Positions 49,613 through 60,392 of a stretch of 64,000 bases of DNA are shown here, in pieces. The position numbers and the translations under genes were made by a program. Origin of the DNA: Clostridia bacterium (lineage in GTDB: Bacteria; Bacillota; Clostridia; UMGS1883; UMGS1540); contig JAZSIR010000021.1 in the NCBI GenBank assembly GCA_045533905.1, positions 32,001 through 96,000 on the forward strand. The letters are read 5' to 3'. Numbering within the stretch: position 1 is the stretch's first letter; each line of letters opens with the position of its first letter. Under the pieces are notes generated by a model, which searched no databases, was not told where the DNA came from, and was given only the letters and a program-made list of their open reading frames with translations.

Positions 49613-50062
49613 TTATTTTGTGCCCGTGGACCCAAAGCCGCCTGCGCCGCGCGCGGTGTCTTCGAGTGTATCCGCCTCGCAAAATGCGGCTTTCAGATAC
49701 GGGGCAATCACGATTTGGGCAATGCGCTCGCCGTTTTCCACGGTCTGCACCTCGGGAGACTGGTTATAAAGTGCCACCATCACCTCGCCGCGATAGTCGC
49801 TGTCAATTACGCCCACTTTATTGGCAGGGGCAAGGCCGCGCTTTACACTTATCCCGCTTCGCGCATAGATAAGCCCTACAAACCCCTCGGGGATTGCAAA
49901 GAAAAGACCTGTGGAGATAAGCTTCGTTTCACCGGGCGAAAGCGTGACGGCACCCTCGGGAAGAAAGGCGTGTAAATCCGCGCCCGCGGCGTGTTCTGAG
50001 CCGTAGTGCGGAAGAAGCGCTTCGGGATGCAGTTTTCGAACAAGTACCTCTGCTTTTTCCAT
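49613..50062 (-). CDS. dut: dUTP diphosphatase
   Basis: AAGADL, RSG, GVIDSDYRGE and RGAGGFGSTG motifs; start moved to MEKAE. Confidence 0.95.
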   Translation of the reverse strand: MEKAEVLVRKLHPEALLPHYGSEHAAGADLHAFLPEGAVTLSPGETKLISTGLFFAIPEGFVGLIYARSGISVKRGLAPANKVGVIDSDYRGEVMVALYNQSPEVQTVENGERIAQIVIAPYLKAAFCEADTLEDTARGAGGFGSTGTK

Positions 50063-50210
50063 TTTCCCCTCCCCTTTCCTTTTTAGTATACCAATATATT
50101 GTACATTTGTCAAGAGGCAAAACGATATATGGGCCGAAAACAAAACACTTGCAATCTTTTGGAAACTATGGTACAATGATAGAAACTTATCCTGAAAGGA
50201 AGAACGTACA

Positions 50211-51428
50211 ATGGAAAATGTTTTTGATACCCTCTCGGCGCGTGGTCTCATCGCGCAGGTAACCCACGAGGAAGAAATTCGAAATCTCCTTGGGAATGAG
50301 AAGGTTTCCTTTTATATTGGCTTTGACCCGACTGCGGACAGTCTCCACGTAGGGCACTTTTTGCAGATGGTGGTTATGCGCCACATGCAAAACGCAGGGC
50401 ACCGTCCCATCGCCCTCGTCGGCGGCGGCACGGGTATGGTAGGTGACCCGTCCGGCAGAACGGACATGCGAAAGATGATGACACCGGAAACCATTCGCCA
50501 CAATTGCGACTGCTTCCGCCGTCAGCTCGCTTCCGTGATTGACTTTTCGGACGACCGCGCTATTATGGTGGACAACGGCGACTGGCTTTTAGGCCTTAAC
50601 TACATCGAGTTCCTCCGCGAGGTGGGCAGCTGCTTCTCCGTAAACAAGATGCTGACAGCTGAGTGCTTTAAAACACGTCTTGAAAAAGGCCTTTCCTTTA
50701 TTGAATTCAACTATATGCTCATGCAGAGCTATGACTTTTTACAGCTTTACAAGAACTACGGCTGCAAGCTCGAGCTTGGCGGTGACGACCAGTGGAGCAA
50801 CATCCTCGGCGGTATTGACCTTGTCCGCCGCAAGGAAAATGCACAGGTCTACGGTATGACCTTCACGCTCCTTACAAACAGTGAAGGCAAGAAGATGGGC
50901 AAAACCGCAAACGGTGCGCTCTGGCTTGACCCTGAAAAGGTTTCGCCGTACGATTTCTACCAGTACTGGAGAAACGTGGATGATCAGGACGTTTGCCGCT
51001 TCTTAAAACTCCTCACCTTCCTGCCGCTTCCTGAAATTGCGGAATACGAAAAACTTGAAGGGCAGGCCATTAACGAAGCAAAAACACGCCTTGCCTTTGA
51101 AGTTACAAAGCTTGTACACGGTGAAGAAGAAGCCACAAAGGCAAACGAAGCGGCGAAGACGGTATTCGCGGCAGGCGGCATTTCCGCCAATATGCCGACG
51201 GCGGAAGTTACCGCGGAAGACGCCGCAGAAGGACTTCTTTCGATGCTCGTGAAAATCGGCTTCATTCCGTCAAAATCCGAAGGCAGACGTCTTCTCCAGC
51301 AGGGCGGCCTTACGGTAAACGGCGAAAAGGTGACGGCGGACGGGCCCGTCGAGAAAGAATCTTTCGGCGAAGAAGGTTTAATCGTAAAACGCGGCAAGAA
51401 AGCTATCATCAAAATTACACTCGCATAA
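50211..51428 (+). CDS. tyrS: Tyrosine--tRNA ligase
   Basis: [24 protein letters not shown] and a C-terminal S4 domain. Confidence 0.97.
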   Translation: MENVFDTLSARGLIAQVTHEEEIRNLLGNEKVSFYIGFDPTADSLHVGHFLQMVVMRHMQNAGHRPIALVGGGTGMVGDPSGRTDMRKMMTPETIRHNCDCFRRQLASVIDFSDDRAIMVDNGDWLLGLNYIEFLREVGSCFSVNKMLTAECFKTRLEKGLSFIEFNYMLMQSYDFLQLYKNYGCKLELGGDDQWSNILGGIDLVRRKENAQVYGMTFTLLTNSEGKKMGKTANGALWLDPEKVSPYDFYQYWRNVDDQDVCRFLKLLTFLPLPEIAEYEKLEGQAINEAKTRLAFEVTKLVHGEEEATKANEAAKTVFAAGGISANMPTAEVTAEDAAEGLLSMLVKIGFIPSKSEGRRLLQQGGLTVNGEKVTADGPVEKESFGEEGLIVKRGKKAIIKITLA

Positions 51429-51485
51429 AACATCGGGCGCGGGGAGGTTTCTCCCGCGCCCGTACTTACAAAAGGAGTTTTTCAT

Positions 51486-52166
51486 ATGATTGGAATTATC
51501 GTAGCCATGGAAAAAGAGATGCAGGCGCTCGCGATTGAAAATGCAAAAAAAGAGATGCACGGCGGCATCACGTTTACACGCGGGCTCGTCGGCGGCAAAG
51601 AAATCGTGGCGGCCGTGTGCGGCATCGGCAAGGTATTTGCCGCCATCTGCACGCAGACGATGCTTCTCGTCTACGCCCCCGAGCTACTCATAAACTGCGG
51701 TGTTGCCGGCTCTCTTTCTGAAAAATTACACGTATTTGATATTGCCGTAGGTACGGGCGCGGTGCAGTATGATATGGACACGACGCCGCTTGGCGACCCG
51801 CGCGGTCTCATTTCGGGCCTTGACATTGTGGAGATGCCGACAGATGCGGCCCTTTCGGAAAAACTTCTCGCCGCGGCCGAAAGACTTGGTCTTTCTGCGC
51901 ACGCGGGCCTTATCGCCACGGGGGACCGTTTTTGTGCCTCCGCCGCAGATAAAGATGCCATTTTAAAGGACTTTCCCGCCATTGCCTGCGAGATGGAGGG
52001 CGGCGCGGTGGCGCAGGTATGCACAGCCGCAGGCGTTCCCTTTTGCCTCTTCCGCGCAATTTCGGACGCGGCGGACGGCGAAGCGCCTGTCTCATACGAC
52101 ACCTTCGTGATAGAAGCGGCAGAAAACGCAGGAAAGCTGATGACCGCGTTTTTAGAAAATCTTTAA
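51486..52166 (+). CDS. mtnN: 5'-methylthioadenosine/S-adenosylhomocysteine nucleosidase
   Basis: GIIVAM..E, GIGKV, TGDRF, EMEG and RAISD motifs. Confidence 0.92.
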   Translation: MIGIIVAMEKEMQALAIENAKKEMHGGITFTRGLVGGKEIVAAVCGIGKVFAAICTQTMLLVYAPELLINCGVAGSLSEKLHVFDIAVGTGAVQYDMDTTPLGDPRGLISGLDIVEMPTDAALSEKLLAAAERLGLSAHAGLIATGDRFCASAADKDAILKDFPAIACEMEGGAVAQVCTAAGVPFCLFRAISDAADGEAPVSYDTFVIEAAENAGKLMTAFLENL

Positions 52167-52173
52167 AGATACA

Positions 52174-52206
52174 AAAACGGCAGAAACATTTCGTTTCTGC
52201 CGTTTT
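52174..52206. terminator. Bidirectional intrinsic terminator
   Basis: AAAACGGCAGAAAC-atttc-GTTTCTGCCGTTTT. Confidence 0.8.
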
Positions 52207-52207
52207 A

Positions 52208-52678
52208 TTATACAGTTAAGGATGCGACCGTGGCTCTCACAAATTCCGCTAAATCCCCGGGCGGCATAATAAGCTGCCCGCCGCGAACGCCTGCGGAAAA
52301 TGCAATTTTCTCTTGCGACATGGCGCTTTCGTCTAAAAACGTGGGGTACTGCTTTTTCATGCCTATGGGACTGCAGCCGCCGCGGATGTATCCTGTCAGC
52401 GGCAAAAGGTCTTTTACCGCTATCATTTCGAGCTTTTTGTTCCCCGAAGCCTTTGCCGCCTTTTTAAGGTCCAGCTCCAAATGAACGGGAATACAAAGGA
52501 CGATGATGCCCGTCCTATCGCCGCGCGCCACAAGCGTTTTAAAAACGCTCTCGTACGGCATACCTACCGCATCGGCCACATGGGTGCCCGAAAGGTCGTT
52601 TTCGTCCACGGGGTATTCCGCCGTTTTGTATGCGATTTTTGCTTTATCGAGAATCCGCATTGCATTTGTTTTTTGCAT
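52208..52678 (-). CDS. ybaK: Cys-tRNA(Pro) deacylase
   Basis: KTNAMR, VFKTLV, TGYIRGGCSPIG and SAGVRG motifs. Confidence 0.92.
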   Translation of the reverse strand: MQKTNAMRILDKAKIAYKTAEYPVDENDLSGTHVADAVGMPYESVFKTLVARGDRTGIIVLCIPVHLELDLKKAAKASGNKKLEMIAVKDLLPLTGYIRGGCSPIGMKKQYPTFLDESAMSQEKIAFSAGVRGGQLIMPPGDLAEFVRATVASLTV

Positions 52679-52687
52679 AGCTTTCTC

Positions 52688-54766
52688 CTATTCAAAAAGC
52701 ATATCGGCATAGGTCGGGAACGGCCAATGTGTCGCCGCCGTCATCTTTTCACCTTCGTCTGCCGCTTTTCTCACTTCGTCCATCGCGCGGCATACAAAGT
52801 CCTTATAAAATACGGCCGCTTTCTGCCCTGCGCCCATTTTTTCGGCTTCCGCGACAAGCTCCGCAAGGTCCTCAGTTTTTGCATAGAGCGTGTCGACGAT
52901 GCCGTAATACTTTGTAAGCTGTGCACGTCTTGCACCGCCGCCCTTTGCGATTTTCTCGCGGGTCAAAACGCTATCGGCCAAGGTTTTGGCATACGTATCC
53001 ATCGCAGGCAAAATCGCACGGCGGGACATTTCAAGCATTGTGAGTGCCTCAATGTGAAGCGTGTTGCAGTATTCCTCCGTCTGAATTTCATAGCGGGAAC
53101 GAAGCTCGTCCTCCGTGAAAATGCCGTGACGGCCAAAAAGGGCAAGGTTTTTGTCGCTTACGAGGTACGGAAGTGCCTCGGGCGTGGTGCGAAGGTTGAG
53201 TAGTCCGCGTACGGCCGCCTCGTTCTCCCATTCCTTTGCGTAGTTATCGCCGTTAAACACAATGCGGCGGTGCGCACGGTATGTTCTGCGGATAAGGCGC
53301 TGTACATCCTCTTCAAAGTCGGTAGACTTTTCGAGAATATCGGCAAATTCCGAAAGGGCATCTGCCACAGCGGTATTCATAATAATATTCGCTTCCGCAA
53401 TCGACGCCGAGGAGCCGAGCATACGGAATTCGAACTTGTTTCCTGTGAAAGCGAGCGGCGAGGTGCGGTTACGGTCGGTCGTGTCGCGCGTCAGCGTCGG
53501 CAGAACGCTTACGCCTACCTCCATCGTTTCCTTCTCGCGCGCATCGATGGCTTCCTTCTTCTCCATGGCATCGAGTATCCCTGTAAGCTCATCGCCGAGG
53601 AAAATCGAAAGGATTGCAGGCGGCGCTTCCGCGGCGCCGAGGCGGTGGTCGTTCCCCGCGGTGGCTACGGAAATGCGAAGGAGATCCTGATACGTATCTA
53701 CTGCTTTTATAACAGCGGCGAGGAACAGAAGGAAACGGGGATTATCCTGCGGTGCCTTGCCGGGGTTTAAGAGGTTTTCGCCGGCAGCTGTGGAAAGCGA
53801 CCAGTTATTGTGCTTGCCGCTTCCGTTTACGCCGCGAAACGGCTTTTCGTGAAGAAGGCATACCATACCGTGCTTTTCGGCAACCTTTTTCATCATCTCC
53901 ATCGTGAGCTGGTTATGGTCGGTTGCGGTATTGACAGAGGTGAACACCGGCGCAAGCTCGTGCTGCGAGGGTGCCGCCTCATTATGTTCGGTTTTAGCAA
54001 GTACGCCAAGTTTCCAGAGCTCCGCGTCAAGGTCTTTCATAAACGCCAGTACGCGCGGCTTGATGGTGCCGAAATAATGGTCATCCATCTCCTGCCCTTT
54101 CGGCGCGGACGCGCCGAAGAGCGTGCGGCCTGTAAAGACGAGGTCGCGCCGTTTTTCGTACATTTTCTTATCAATTAAAAAGTATTCCTGCTCGGCACCT
54201 ACTGTGGGCGTAACGCGCCCGGTTTCCGTATCGCCGAAAAGACGGAGAATGCGACGAGCCTCACGGCTTATCGCTTCCATAGAGCGGAGAAGCGGCGTCT
54301 TTTTATCAAGGCACTCGCCGTGATAGCCGTAAAATGCCGTGGGAATACAAAGGGTATTGTCTTTAATAAAAGCATAGGAAGTGGGGTCCCACGCCGTGTA
54401 GCCGCGCGCTTCAAACGTGGTGCGAAGCCCGCCCGACGGGAAGGAAGAAGCATCGGATTCGCCCTTTAAAAGCTCTTTCCCCGAAAACTCCATAATGACA
54501 CCATCACCCTCGGGGGAGAGGAAGCTATCGTGCTTTTCGGCGGTGATGCCCGTCATCGGCTGGAACCAGTGTGTATAATGGGTGGCGCCGCGCTCCACTG
54601 CCCAGTCGCGCATAGCGGCGGCTACCTCTTTGGCAATGCCCGGGTCGAGTGCCTTGCCTTCCTCCACCGTTTCGCGAACTGCGCGGTAGACATCGGCAGA
54701 GAGGCGTTCCTCCATAACTTTATCGTTAAAAACACAGCTTCCGAAAATTTCTGCTATTTTCGTCAT
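52688..54766 (-). CDS. glnA: Glutamine synthetase type III
   Basis: HWFQPMTG, DASSFPSGGLR, HEKPF.GVNGSGKH and DRNRTSP motifs. Confidence 0.93.
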   Translation of the reverse strand: MTKIAEIFGSCVFNDKVMEERLSADVYRAVRETVEEGKALDPGIAKEVAAAMRDWAVERGATHYTHWFQPMTGITAEKHDSFLSPEGDGVIMEFSGKELLKGESDASSFPSGGLRTTFEARGYTAWDPTSYAFIKDNTLCIPTAFYGYHGECLDKKTPLLRSMEAISREARRILRLFGDTETGRVTPTVGAEQEYFLIDKKMYEKRRDLVFTGRTLFGASAPKGQEMDDHYFGTIKPRVLAFMKDLDAELWKLGVLAKTEHNEAAPSQHELAPVFTSVNTATDHNQLTMEMMKKVAEKHGMVCLLHEKPFRGVNGSGKHNNWSLSTAAGENLLNPGKAPQDNPRFLLFLAAVIKAVDTYQDLLRISVATAGNDHRLGAAEAPPAILSIFLGDELTGILDAMEKKEAIDAREKETMEVGVSVLPTLTRDTTDRNRTSPLAFTGNKFEFRMLGSSASIAEANIIMNTAVADALSEFADILEKSTDFEEDVQRLIRRTYRAHRRIVFNGDNYAKEWENEAAVRGLLNLRTTPEALPYLVSDKNLALFGRHGIFTEDELRSRYEIQTEEYCNTLHIEALTMLEMSRRAILPAMDTYAKTLADSVLTREKIAKGGGARRAQLTKYYGIVDTLYAKTEDLAELVAEAEKMGAGQKAAVFYKDFVCRAMDEVRKAADEGEKMTAATHWPFPTYADMLFE

Positions 54767-54775
54767 ATCCGTTTC

Positions 54776-55306
54776 CTACCTCGCTTCTTCGTTTTTCTTT
54801 CTGTCATGTAAAAGCATACCTGCCACTGTAAAGACCAAAAGGATTACGTGGGTAATAAGGGGACCGTGTGCCGGGCGGAGAAGGTCATACGTGCACCAAA
54901 GCACCATGTTAATAACCGTCCAGCTGCGGTATCTTGCGCCCGTCTTTTGCCCGACGCACATAATAAAGGTGAGCGATGCGATGATGGCAATGACATCGAC
55001 CGGCACCTGGAATACAAGAAGATTTGCTACGATGAAAGCCGCGGCATATGCCGTGATGAGCCACTTCGGAAGCGGTTTTCCCTTTGCATCATAAAAGGAA
55101 TTGATAATCGCCTGCGCGGCGCCGATGAAGCAGGAAACCGCACCTGCGCCCTGCCCGTCGATTAAATAACTCGTTGCCACGAGGAAGTTACCGAGGAAAA
55201 CAAAAAGCAGGATTTTTTTTATATTTTTGCCTTTTAAGAGGGACGAAACAATCATAGAAATAAGGCCTAAAATGCTCAGCGTATACGCCAAGGCGAACAC
55301 CTCCAA
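54776..55306 (-). CDS. YgjV-like membrane protein
   Basis: Hydrophobic 176-aa protein with WCTYD pattern. Confidence 0.55.
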   Translation of the reverse strand: MEVFALAYTLSILGLISMIVSSLLKGKNIKKILLFVFLGNFLVATSYLIDGQGAGAVSCFIGAAQAIINSFYDAKGKPLPKWLITAYAAAFIVANLLVFQVPVDVIAIIASLTFIMCVGQKTGARYRSWTVINMVLWCTYDLLRPAHGPLITHVILLVFTVAGMLLHDRKKNEEAR

Positions 55307-55482
55307 AGCTTAAAATCTTTACAAACAGAAAGTATATCATAAAATGGCGGATTTTGCAAGGATTTCTTTCCAAAAAACCGCCGTGCGGCACTTCGGAACG
55401 AAACAAAAAGAGTGCTTTACTTTCCTCTTTATATGTGATATAATATAGTTTTGAACAAATGCTTTATACGGGAGAGGATACT

Positions 55483-57300
55483 GTGGACAGACAAAATATA
55501 CGAAATATCGCCATCATCGCACACGTTGACCACGGCAAAACCACGCTTGTGGATGCTATGCTTCGCCAAAGCGGCACATTCCGCGAAAACGAGCAGGTTG
55601 CCGAGCGCGTTATGGACTCGGATGCCATTGAACGTGAGCGCGGTATTACCATTTTAGCGAAAAACACCGCCCTTTTCTATAAGGACGTTAAAATCAATAT
55701 TATCGACACACCGGGGCACGCCGATTTCGGCGGCGAGGTGGAGCGCGGCCTTAAAATGGCCGACGGTGTTCTGCTTTTAGTCGATGCCTTTGAAGGCTGC
55801 ATGCCGCAGACGCGGTTTGTACTGAAAAAAGCGCTGGGTCTTGACCTTCGCCCCATTGTTGTTATCAATAAGGCCGACCGCCCGAATGCAAGACCCGAGG
55901 CGGTAGCCGATGAAGTTCTTGACCTTCTTATCGACCTCGGTGCCGATGACGAACAGCTCGAAGCACCGTTTATCTACGCTTCGGGGCGTGACGGCTGGGC
56001 CAGTACCGACCCGCACACAAAAGGCGAAAACCTCGGCGTTTTATTTGACCTTATTTTGGATACCATCCCCGCGCCGAGCGGCGAAGAGGATGCCCCCTTA
56101 CAGATGCTCATCTCGAATATTGATTACGATACATACACAGGGCGCATTGCCATCGGCAAGGTGCAGCGCGGGCAAGTGCGCGTAGGCGCAGCCGTAAGTG
56201 TTTCTTGCCTCGGGCAGGATGGCGTTCGAAATGCAAGAGTCAACACGCTTTACACCTATGCGGGACTTGGAAAGGCGGATGCCGAAGTCGTTTCGGCGGG
56301 TGACATTGCCGCGATTTCCGGCATTACCGACATTAACATCGGTGAAACCGTTTGCGCGCCGGAAGCTGTGGAACCCCTTCCGTTTGTGGAAATTGACCGC
56401 CCTGTTTTATCTATGACATTCTCGGTAAATGACAGTCCCTTTGCAGGTAAAGAAGGGAAATTTGTTACAAGCCGCCATCTTCGCGCAAGACTTTATAAGG
56501 AGCTTGAATCGAACATCAGCCTTACGGTGGAAGACACCGATACAACGGAAGCCTTCATCGTATCAGGAAGAGGCGAACTCCATCTTTCCGTTTTAATTGA
56601 AAACATGCGTCGCGAAGGATATGAATTCCAGGTTTCGGGGCCGAAGGTTATTACCAAAACGATAGACGGCGTTCTTTGCGAGCCGATTGAATACCTCATG
56701 GTGGACGTGCCTGACGAATATACCGGCGCCGTTATGGAAAGTGCCGGTCTTCGAAAGGGAACGCTTGTGAATATGGCACCGGGCGCTACGGGATATTCCC
56801 GTCTTGAATTTCGCATTCCGGCGCGCGGCCTTTTAGGCTACCGCAGCCAGCTTCTCACGGAAACGCGCGGCACGTGTGTTATAAACCACGTTTTTGATTC
56901 GTTTGAGCCCTTTAAAGGCGCGCTTCCTACGCGTACGCGCGGCTCGCTCGTCGCGTTTGAAACGGGCGAAGCAATCTCCTACGGTCTTTTTAACGCCCAG
57001 GACCGCGGCACAATGTTCATTTCCCCCGGCGACAAGGTGTATGAAGGCATGGTCGTTGGCGAAAACAGCCGCGCCGATGATATTGTAGTAAACGTATGCA
57101 AGCGCAAGCACGTAACGAATATGCGCGCCGCAGGCAGCGACGAAGCGCTTCGCCTTGTGCCGCCGCGGAATTTAAGCCTTGAACAGCATATCGAATTTTT
57201 GGCGGACGATGAGCTTCTCGAAATCACCCCCTCTACGCTTCGCATCCGTAAACGTATTCTCGATAACAGCCTTCGCGCCAAGAAAAACGCAAATAAATAA
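55483..57300 (+). CDS. typA: Translational GTPase TypA/BipA
   Basis: [26 protein letters not shown] and GRGELHL motifs; GTG start after GGAGAGG. Confidence 0.96.
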   Translation: MDRQNIRNIAIIAHVDHGKTTLVDAMLRQSGTFRENEQVAERVMDSDAIERERGITILAKNTALFYKDVKINIIDTPGHADFGGEVERGLKMADGVLLLVDAFEGCMPQTRFVLKKALGLDLRPIVVINKADRPNARPEAVADEVLDLLIDLGADDEQLEAPFIYASGRDGWASTDPHTKGENLGVLFDLILDTIPAPSGEEDAPLQMLISNIDYDTYTGRIAIGKVQRGQVRVGAAVSVSCLGQDGVRNARVNTLYTYAGLGKADAEVVSAGDIAAISGITDINIGETVCAPEAVEPLPFVEIDRPVLSMTFSVNDSPFAGKEGKFVTSRHLRARLYKELESNISLTVEDTDTTEAFIVSGRGELHLSVLIENMRREGYEFQVSGPKVITKTIDGVLCEPIEYLMVDVPDEYTGAVMESAGLRKGTLVNMAPGATGYSRLEFRIPARGLLGYRSQLLTETRGTCVINHVFDSFEPFKGALPTRTRGSLVAFETGEAISYGLFNAQDRGTMFISPGDKVYEGMVVGENSRADDIVVNVCKRKHVTNMRAAGSDEALRLVPPRNLSLEQHIEFLADDELLEITPSTLRIRKRILDNSLRAKKNANK

Positions 57301-57381
57301 ACTTTTCTGTATTTTTCTATTGACTTTATCGTATTACTGTGCTATCATACTAAAGTGATAAAGCGAAAAGGAGAGAATTCT

Positions 57382-58497
57382 ATGCAAATCAGCGGTGCTA
57401 TTTTGCGAAATGATGAAAAGGCCATCTTTGGTCTTCGCGCGCTGTACCAAAAATACGGGTACTCGCAGTATAAAATGAGTAAGTTTGAGCCGTACGACCT
57501 GTATGTGCGAAATAAAGACTTTCTCATTTCCGAAAATGTAATTACCTTTACGGATCTTGACGGAAAGCTTCTGGCACTAAAGCCGGACGTTACGCTTTCC
57601 ATTATAAAGAATAGTCCCGATGCGGCGGAATTTACGCAAAAGGTCTATTATAATGAAAATGTATACCGCGCCGAAAAGGGCGGCAGCGGCTACCGCGAGA
57701 TTATGCAGCTGGGGCTCGAATGCATCGGCAAAACCGATACATACGCGATGGCAGAGGTTATGATGCTTGCGGCAGAAAGCCTTGACTTTATCGCATCTGA
57801 CTTTGTGCTTGACATTTCGCATATGGGCATCATCTCCCCCATTTTGGATAGCCTCGGCGCTTCGCATACCACGCGCCAAGAAATTCTCAAATGCCTTGGC
57901 GAGAAAAATGCACACGGCATCACGCGTGCATGCCGCGCGGAAAATATTTCCGCCGACATGCTCACCGCGCTCGTTTCTTTATACGGGCCGGCGGCAGAGG
58001 TGCTTCCGAAGCTTTCGGAAGTCACAATCCCCGAAAACGAAGCGGCCATTTCTGCCCTTTGCGATGTGGCACGTATTTTGGAAGGCTGTGGCTTTGGCGA
58101 TAAAATCCGCATCGATTTTTCTGTAATCAATGACATGAATTATTATAACGGCTTCGTATTCACCGGCTTTATAAAGGGGCTCTCTTCGGGCATCTTATCG
58201 GGTGGTCAGTACGACAGACTTATGGAAAAAATGGGCAAAAAGGCAGGTGCCATCGGCTTTGCCATTTATCTCGACATGCTCTCGTCGCTTCCCTCGGATG
58301 AAGCCGAATACGATGTAGATACTGTTCTTTTATACGATGAAAACGCCGACATGCGCGCCCTTTGCGAGGCGGTGGGTCTTTTAACCGCAAACGGAAAGAG
58401 CGTTTCCGCGCAGCGCAGTGTGCCGGAAAAAATCAAATACAAACAGCTTTTGAAATTACAGGAGAGAGGGGTTGAAATCATTGAAAACCATGCTTAA
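57382..58497 (+). CDS. hisZ: ATP phosphoribosyltransferase regulatory subunit
   Basis: LKPDVT, QLGLE, YYNG and GGQYD motifs; precedes short hisG. Confidence 0.9.
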   Translation: MQISGAILRNDEKAIFGLRALYQKYGYSQYKMSKFEPYDLYVRNKDFLISENVITFTDLDGKLLALKPDVTLSIIKNSPDAAEFTQKVYYNENVYRAEKGGSGYREIMQLGLECIGKTDTYAMAEVMMLAAESLDFIASDFVLDISHMGIISPILDSLGASHTTRQEILKCLGEKNAHGITRACRAENISADMLTALVSLYGPAAEVLPKLSEVTIPENEAAISALCDVARILEGCGFGDKIRIDFSVINDMNYYNGFVFTGFIKGLSSGILSGGQYDRLMEKMGKKAGAIGFAIYLDMLSSLPSDEAEYDVDTVLLYDENADMRALCEAVGLLTANGKSVSAQRSVPEKIKYKQLLKLQERGVEIIENHA

Positions 58498-59119
58498 TGT
58501 GGCGCTTCCTAAGGGAAGACTCGGCGAGAAGGTATACGCCATGTTTGAAAAAGCCGGCTTTCCGTGTCCCTCCATTTATGAAAATAACCGAAAACTCATT
58601 TTCGAAAACCCCGAAAAGGGCGTACGCTACTTCTGGGTAAAGCCTTCCGACGTTGCCATTTACGTAGAACGCGGCGCGGCGGATATCGGCGTTGCCGGAA
58701 AAGATATTCTTCTTGAATACGAGCCGGACGTGTATGAGCTTTTAGACCTTGACATCGGCAAGTGCCGCATGGCCGTGGCCGCCCAAAAAGGCTGGCGCGA
58801 TAACCCGCAGAAAACACTTCGCGTGGCCACCAAATTTTCGAACATTACGAAAAATTATTACGCCGGCAAAGGGCGCGACATTGATATTATTCATTTAAAC
58901 GGCTCCATCGAAATTGCGCCGATTCTCGGCCTTTCCGATGTAATTGCCGACATTGTGGAAACGGGCACCACCTTAAAGGAAAATAACCTCGAAGTCATTG
59001 AAACCATCGTGCCTATAAGTGCACGCCTTATTGCAAACAAGGCAGGGTTTAAGTTCAAATCCGCCCAGATCGAAACGCTGGTAGCGGCGCTCGCCGCAGA
59101 CGGAGGCAAAAATGATTAA
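58490..59119 (+). CDS. hisG: ATP phosphoribosyltransferase, short form
   Basis: ALPKGRL, VATKF, GSIEIAP and DIVETGTTL motifs. Confidence 0.95.
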   Translation: MLNVALPKGRLGEKVYAMFEKAGFPCPSIYENNRKLIFENPEKGVRYFWVKPSDVAIYVERGAADIGVAGKDILLEYEPDVYELLDLDIGKCRMAVAAQKGWRDNPQKTLRVATKFSNITKNYYAGKGRDIDIIHLNGSIEIAPILGLSDVIADIVETGTTLKENNLEVIETIVPISARLIANKAGFKFKSAQIETLVAALAADGGKND

Positions 59120-60392
59120 GATTTTAGAATACGGCAAAGTGAAAACGGAAGAAATTTTCTCGCGCGTAGTGCCGAAAACCGACGTTATGGGCATTGTCGA
59201 GGGCATTATTGCCGCCGTACGAAGTGAAGGCGATGCCGCCCTTATCCGCTACGCAAAGGAATTTGACGGCGCCGCGCTTTCTTCCCTTCGCGTCACGAGC
59301 GAGGAAATCGAAGCGGCGGTAGAAAAGGTGGAGCCGCGCTTTCTCGAAATTCTCGAAAAAGCGGCGAAAAACATTCGCAAATTTCACGAAAAACAGGTAC
59401 GCACCGGTTTTATTTTAAATGATGAAAGCGGCATTGTGATGGGGCAGAAGATTATCCCCGTGGACCGCGCAGGTCTCTATGTGCCGGGCGGTACTGCCGC
59501 CTACCCCTCCACCGTTTTGATGGACGCGATCCCCGCTAAAATCGCAGGCTGCCCTGAGGTTGTTATGGTAACGCCACCGCAAGCGGACGGCACGATAAAC
59601 CCCGTAATCCTCGCGGCGGCAAAGGTGGCAGGCGTTGATAAAATCTTTAAAATCGGCGGTGCAGGTGCTGTGGCCGCACTCGCATACGGTACAGAATCTG
59701 TGCCGAAGGTAGATAAAATCGTAGGCCCCGGTAACGCCTTTGTGGCGGAAGCCAAGCGGCAGGTGTTCGGCGAGGTTTCCATTGATATGATTGCAGGCCC
59801 GAGCGAAATTTTAATTATCGCAGATGAAACGGGTGACGCCTCCATCATCGCGGCGGACCTTCTCTCCCAAGCCGAGCACGACCGCCTTGCAAGTGCCGTT
59901 TTAATTACCACTTCTTCGAAACTTGCCGAAGAAGTGCAGTCTGCACTCGAAGAGCAGATTCCGCGCCTTCCGCGCGCCGAGATTGCCCGCACTTCGATTG
60001 ACGAAAACGGCAAAATCATAGTTGTACCCTCGCTTTCAGAAGCAATTGCAATTTCAAACGAGCTTGCCCCCGAGCATCTCGAGCTTTTTGTAGATAACCC
60101 CTTTGACTATCTCGATGCCATCCGCCATGCAGGCAGTATCTTCCTTGGCAAAAACTGCCCCGAAGCACTTGGCGACTATATGGCAGGCCCGAACCACACC
60201 CTGCCCACAAGCGGCACGGCCAAATTTGCAAGTCCCCTTTCTGTGGATGATTTCATAAAGAAAACACAGTACACGTATTTTACGCGTGAGGCACTTTCGC
60301 GCTACGCGGGTGATGTGGCATTCTTTGCAGAAAAAGAAGGCCTTACGGCACATGCCGAGAGCGCACGGTGCCGAACGGAGGAGAAAAAATGA
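59112..60392 (+). CDS. hisD: Histidinol dehydrogenase
   Basis: YVPGG, IDMIAGPSE, SQAEHD, APEHLE and GPNHTLPT motifs. Confidence 0.97.
   Translation: MIKILEYGKVKTEEIFSRVVPKTDVMGIVEGIIAAVRSEGDAALIRYAKEFDGAALSSLRVTSEEIEAAVEKVEPRFLEILEKAAKNIRKFHEKQVRTGFILNDESGIVMGQKIIPVDRAGLYVPGGTAAYPSTVLMDAIPAKIAGCPEVVMVTPPQADGTINPVILAAAKVAGVDKIFKIGGAGAVAALAYGTESVPKVDKIVGPGNAFVAEAKRQVFGEVSIDMIAGPSEILIIADETGDASIIAADLLSQAEHDRLASAVLITTSSKLAEEVQSALEEQIPRLPRAEIARTSIDENGKIIVVPSLSEAIAISNELAPEHLELFVDNPFDYLDAIRHAGSIFLGKNCPEALGDYMAGPNHTLPTSGTAKFASPLSVDDFIKKTQYTYFTREALSRYAGDVAFFAEKEGLTAHAESARCRTEEKK

Noticed and set aside
32701-55306. Two YgjV-like genes as a recent duplication
   Set aside because: The sequences are very divergent and differ in base composition, so independent origins are more likely.
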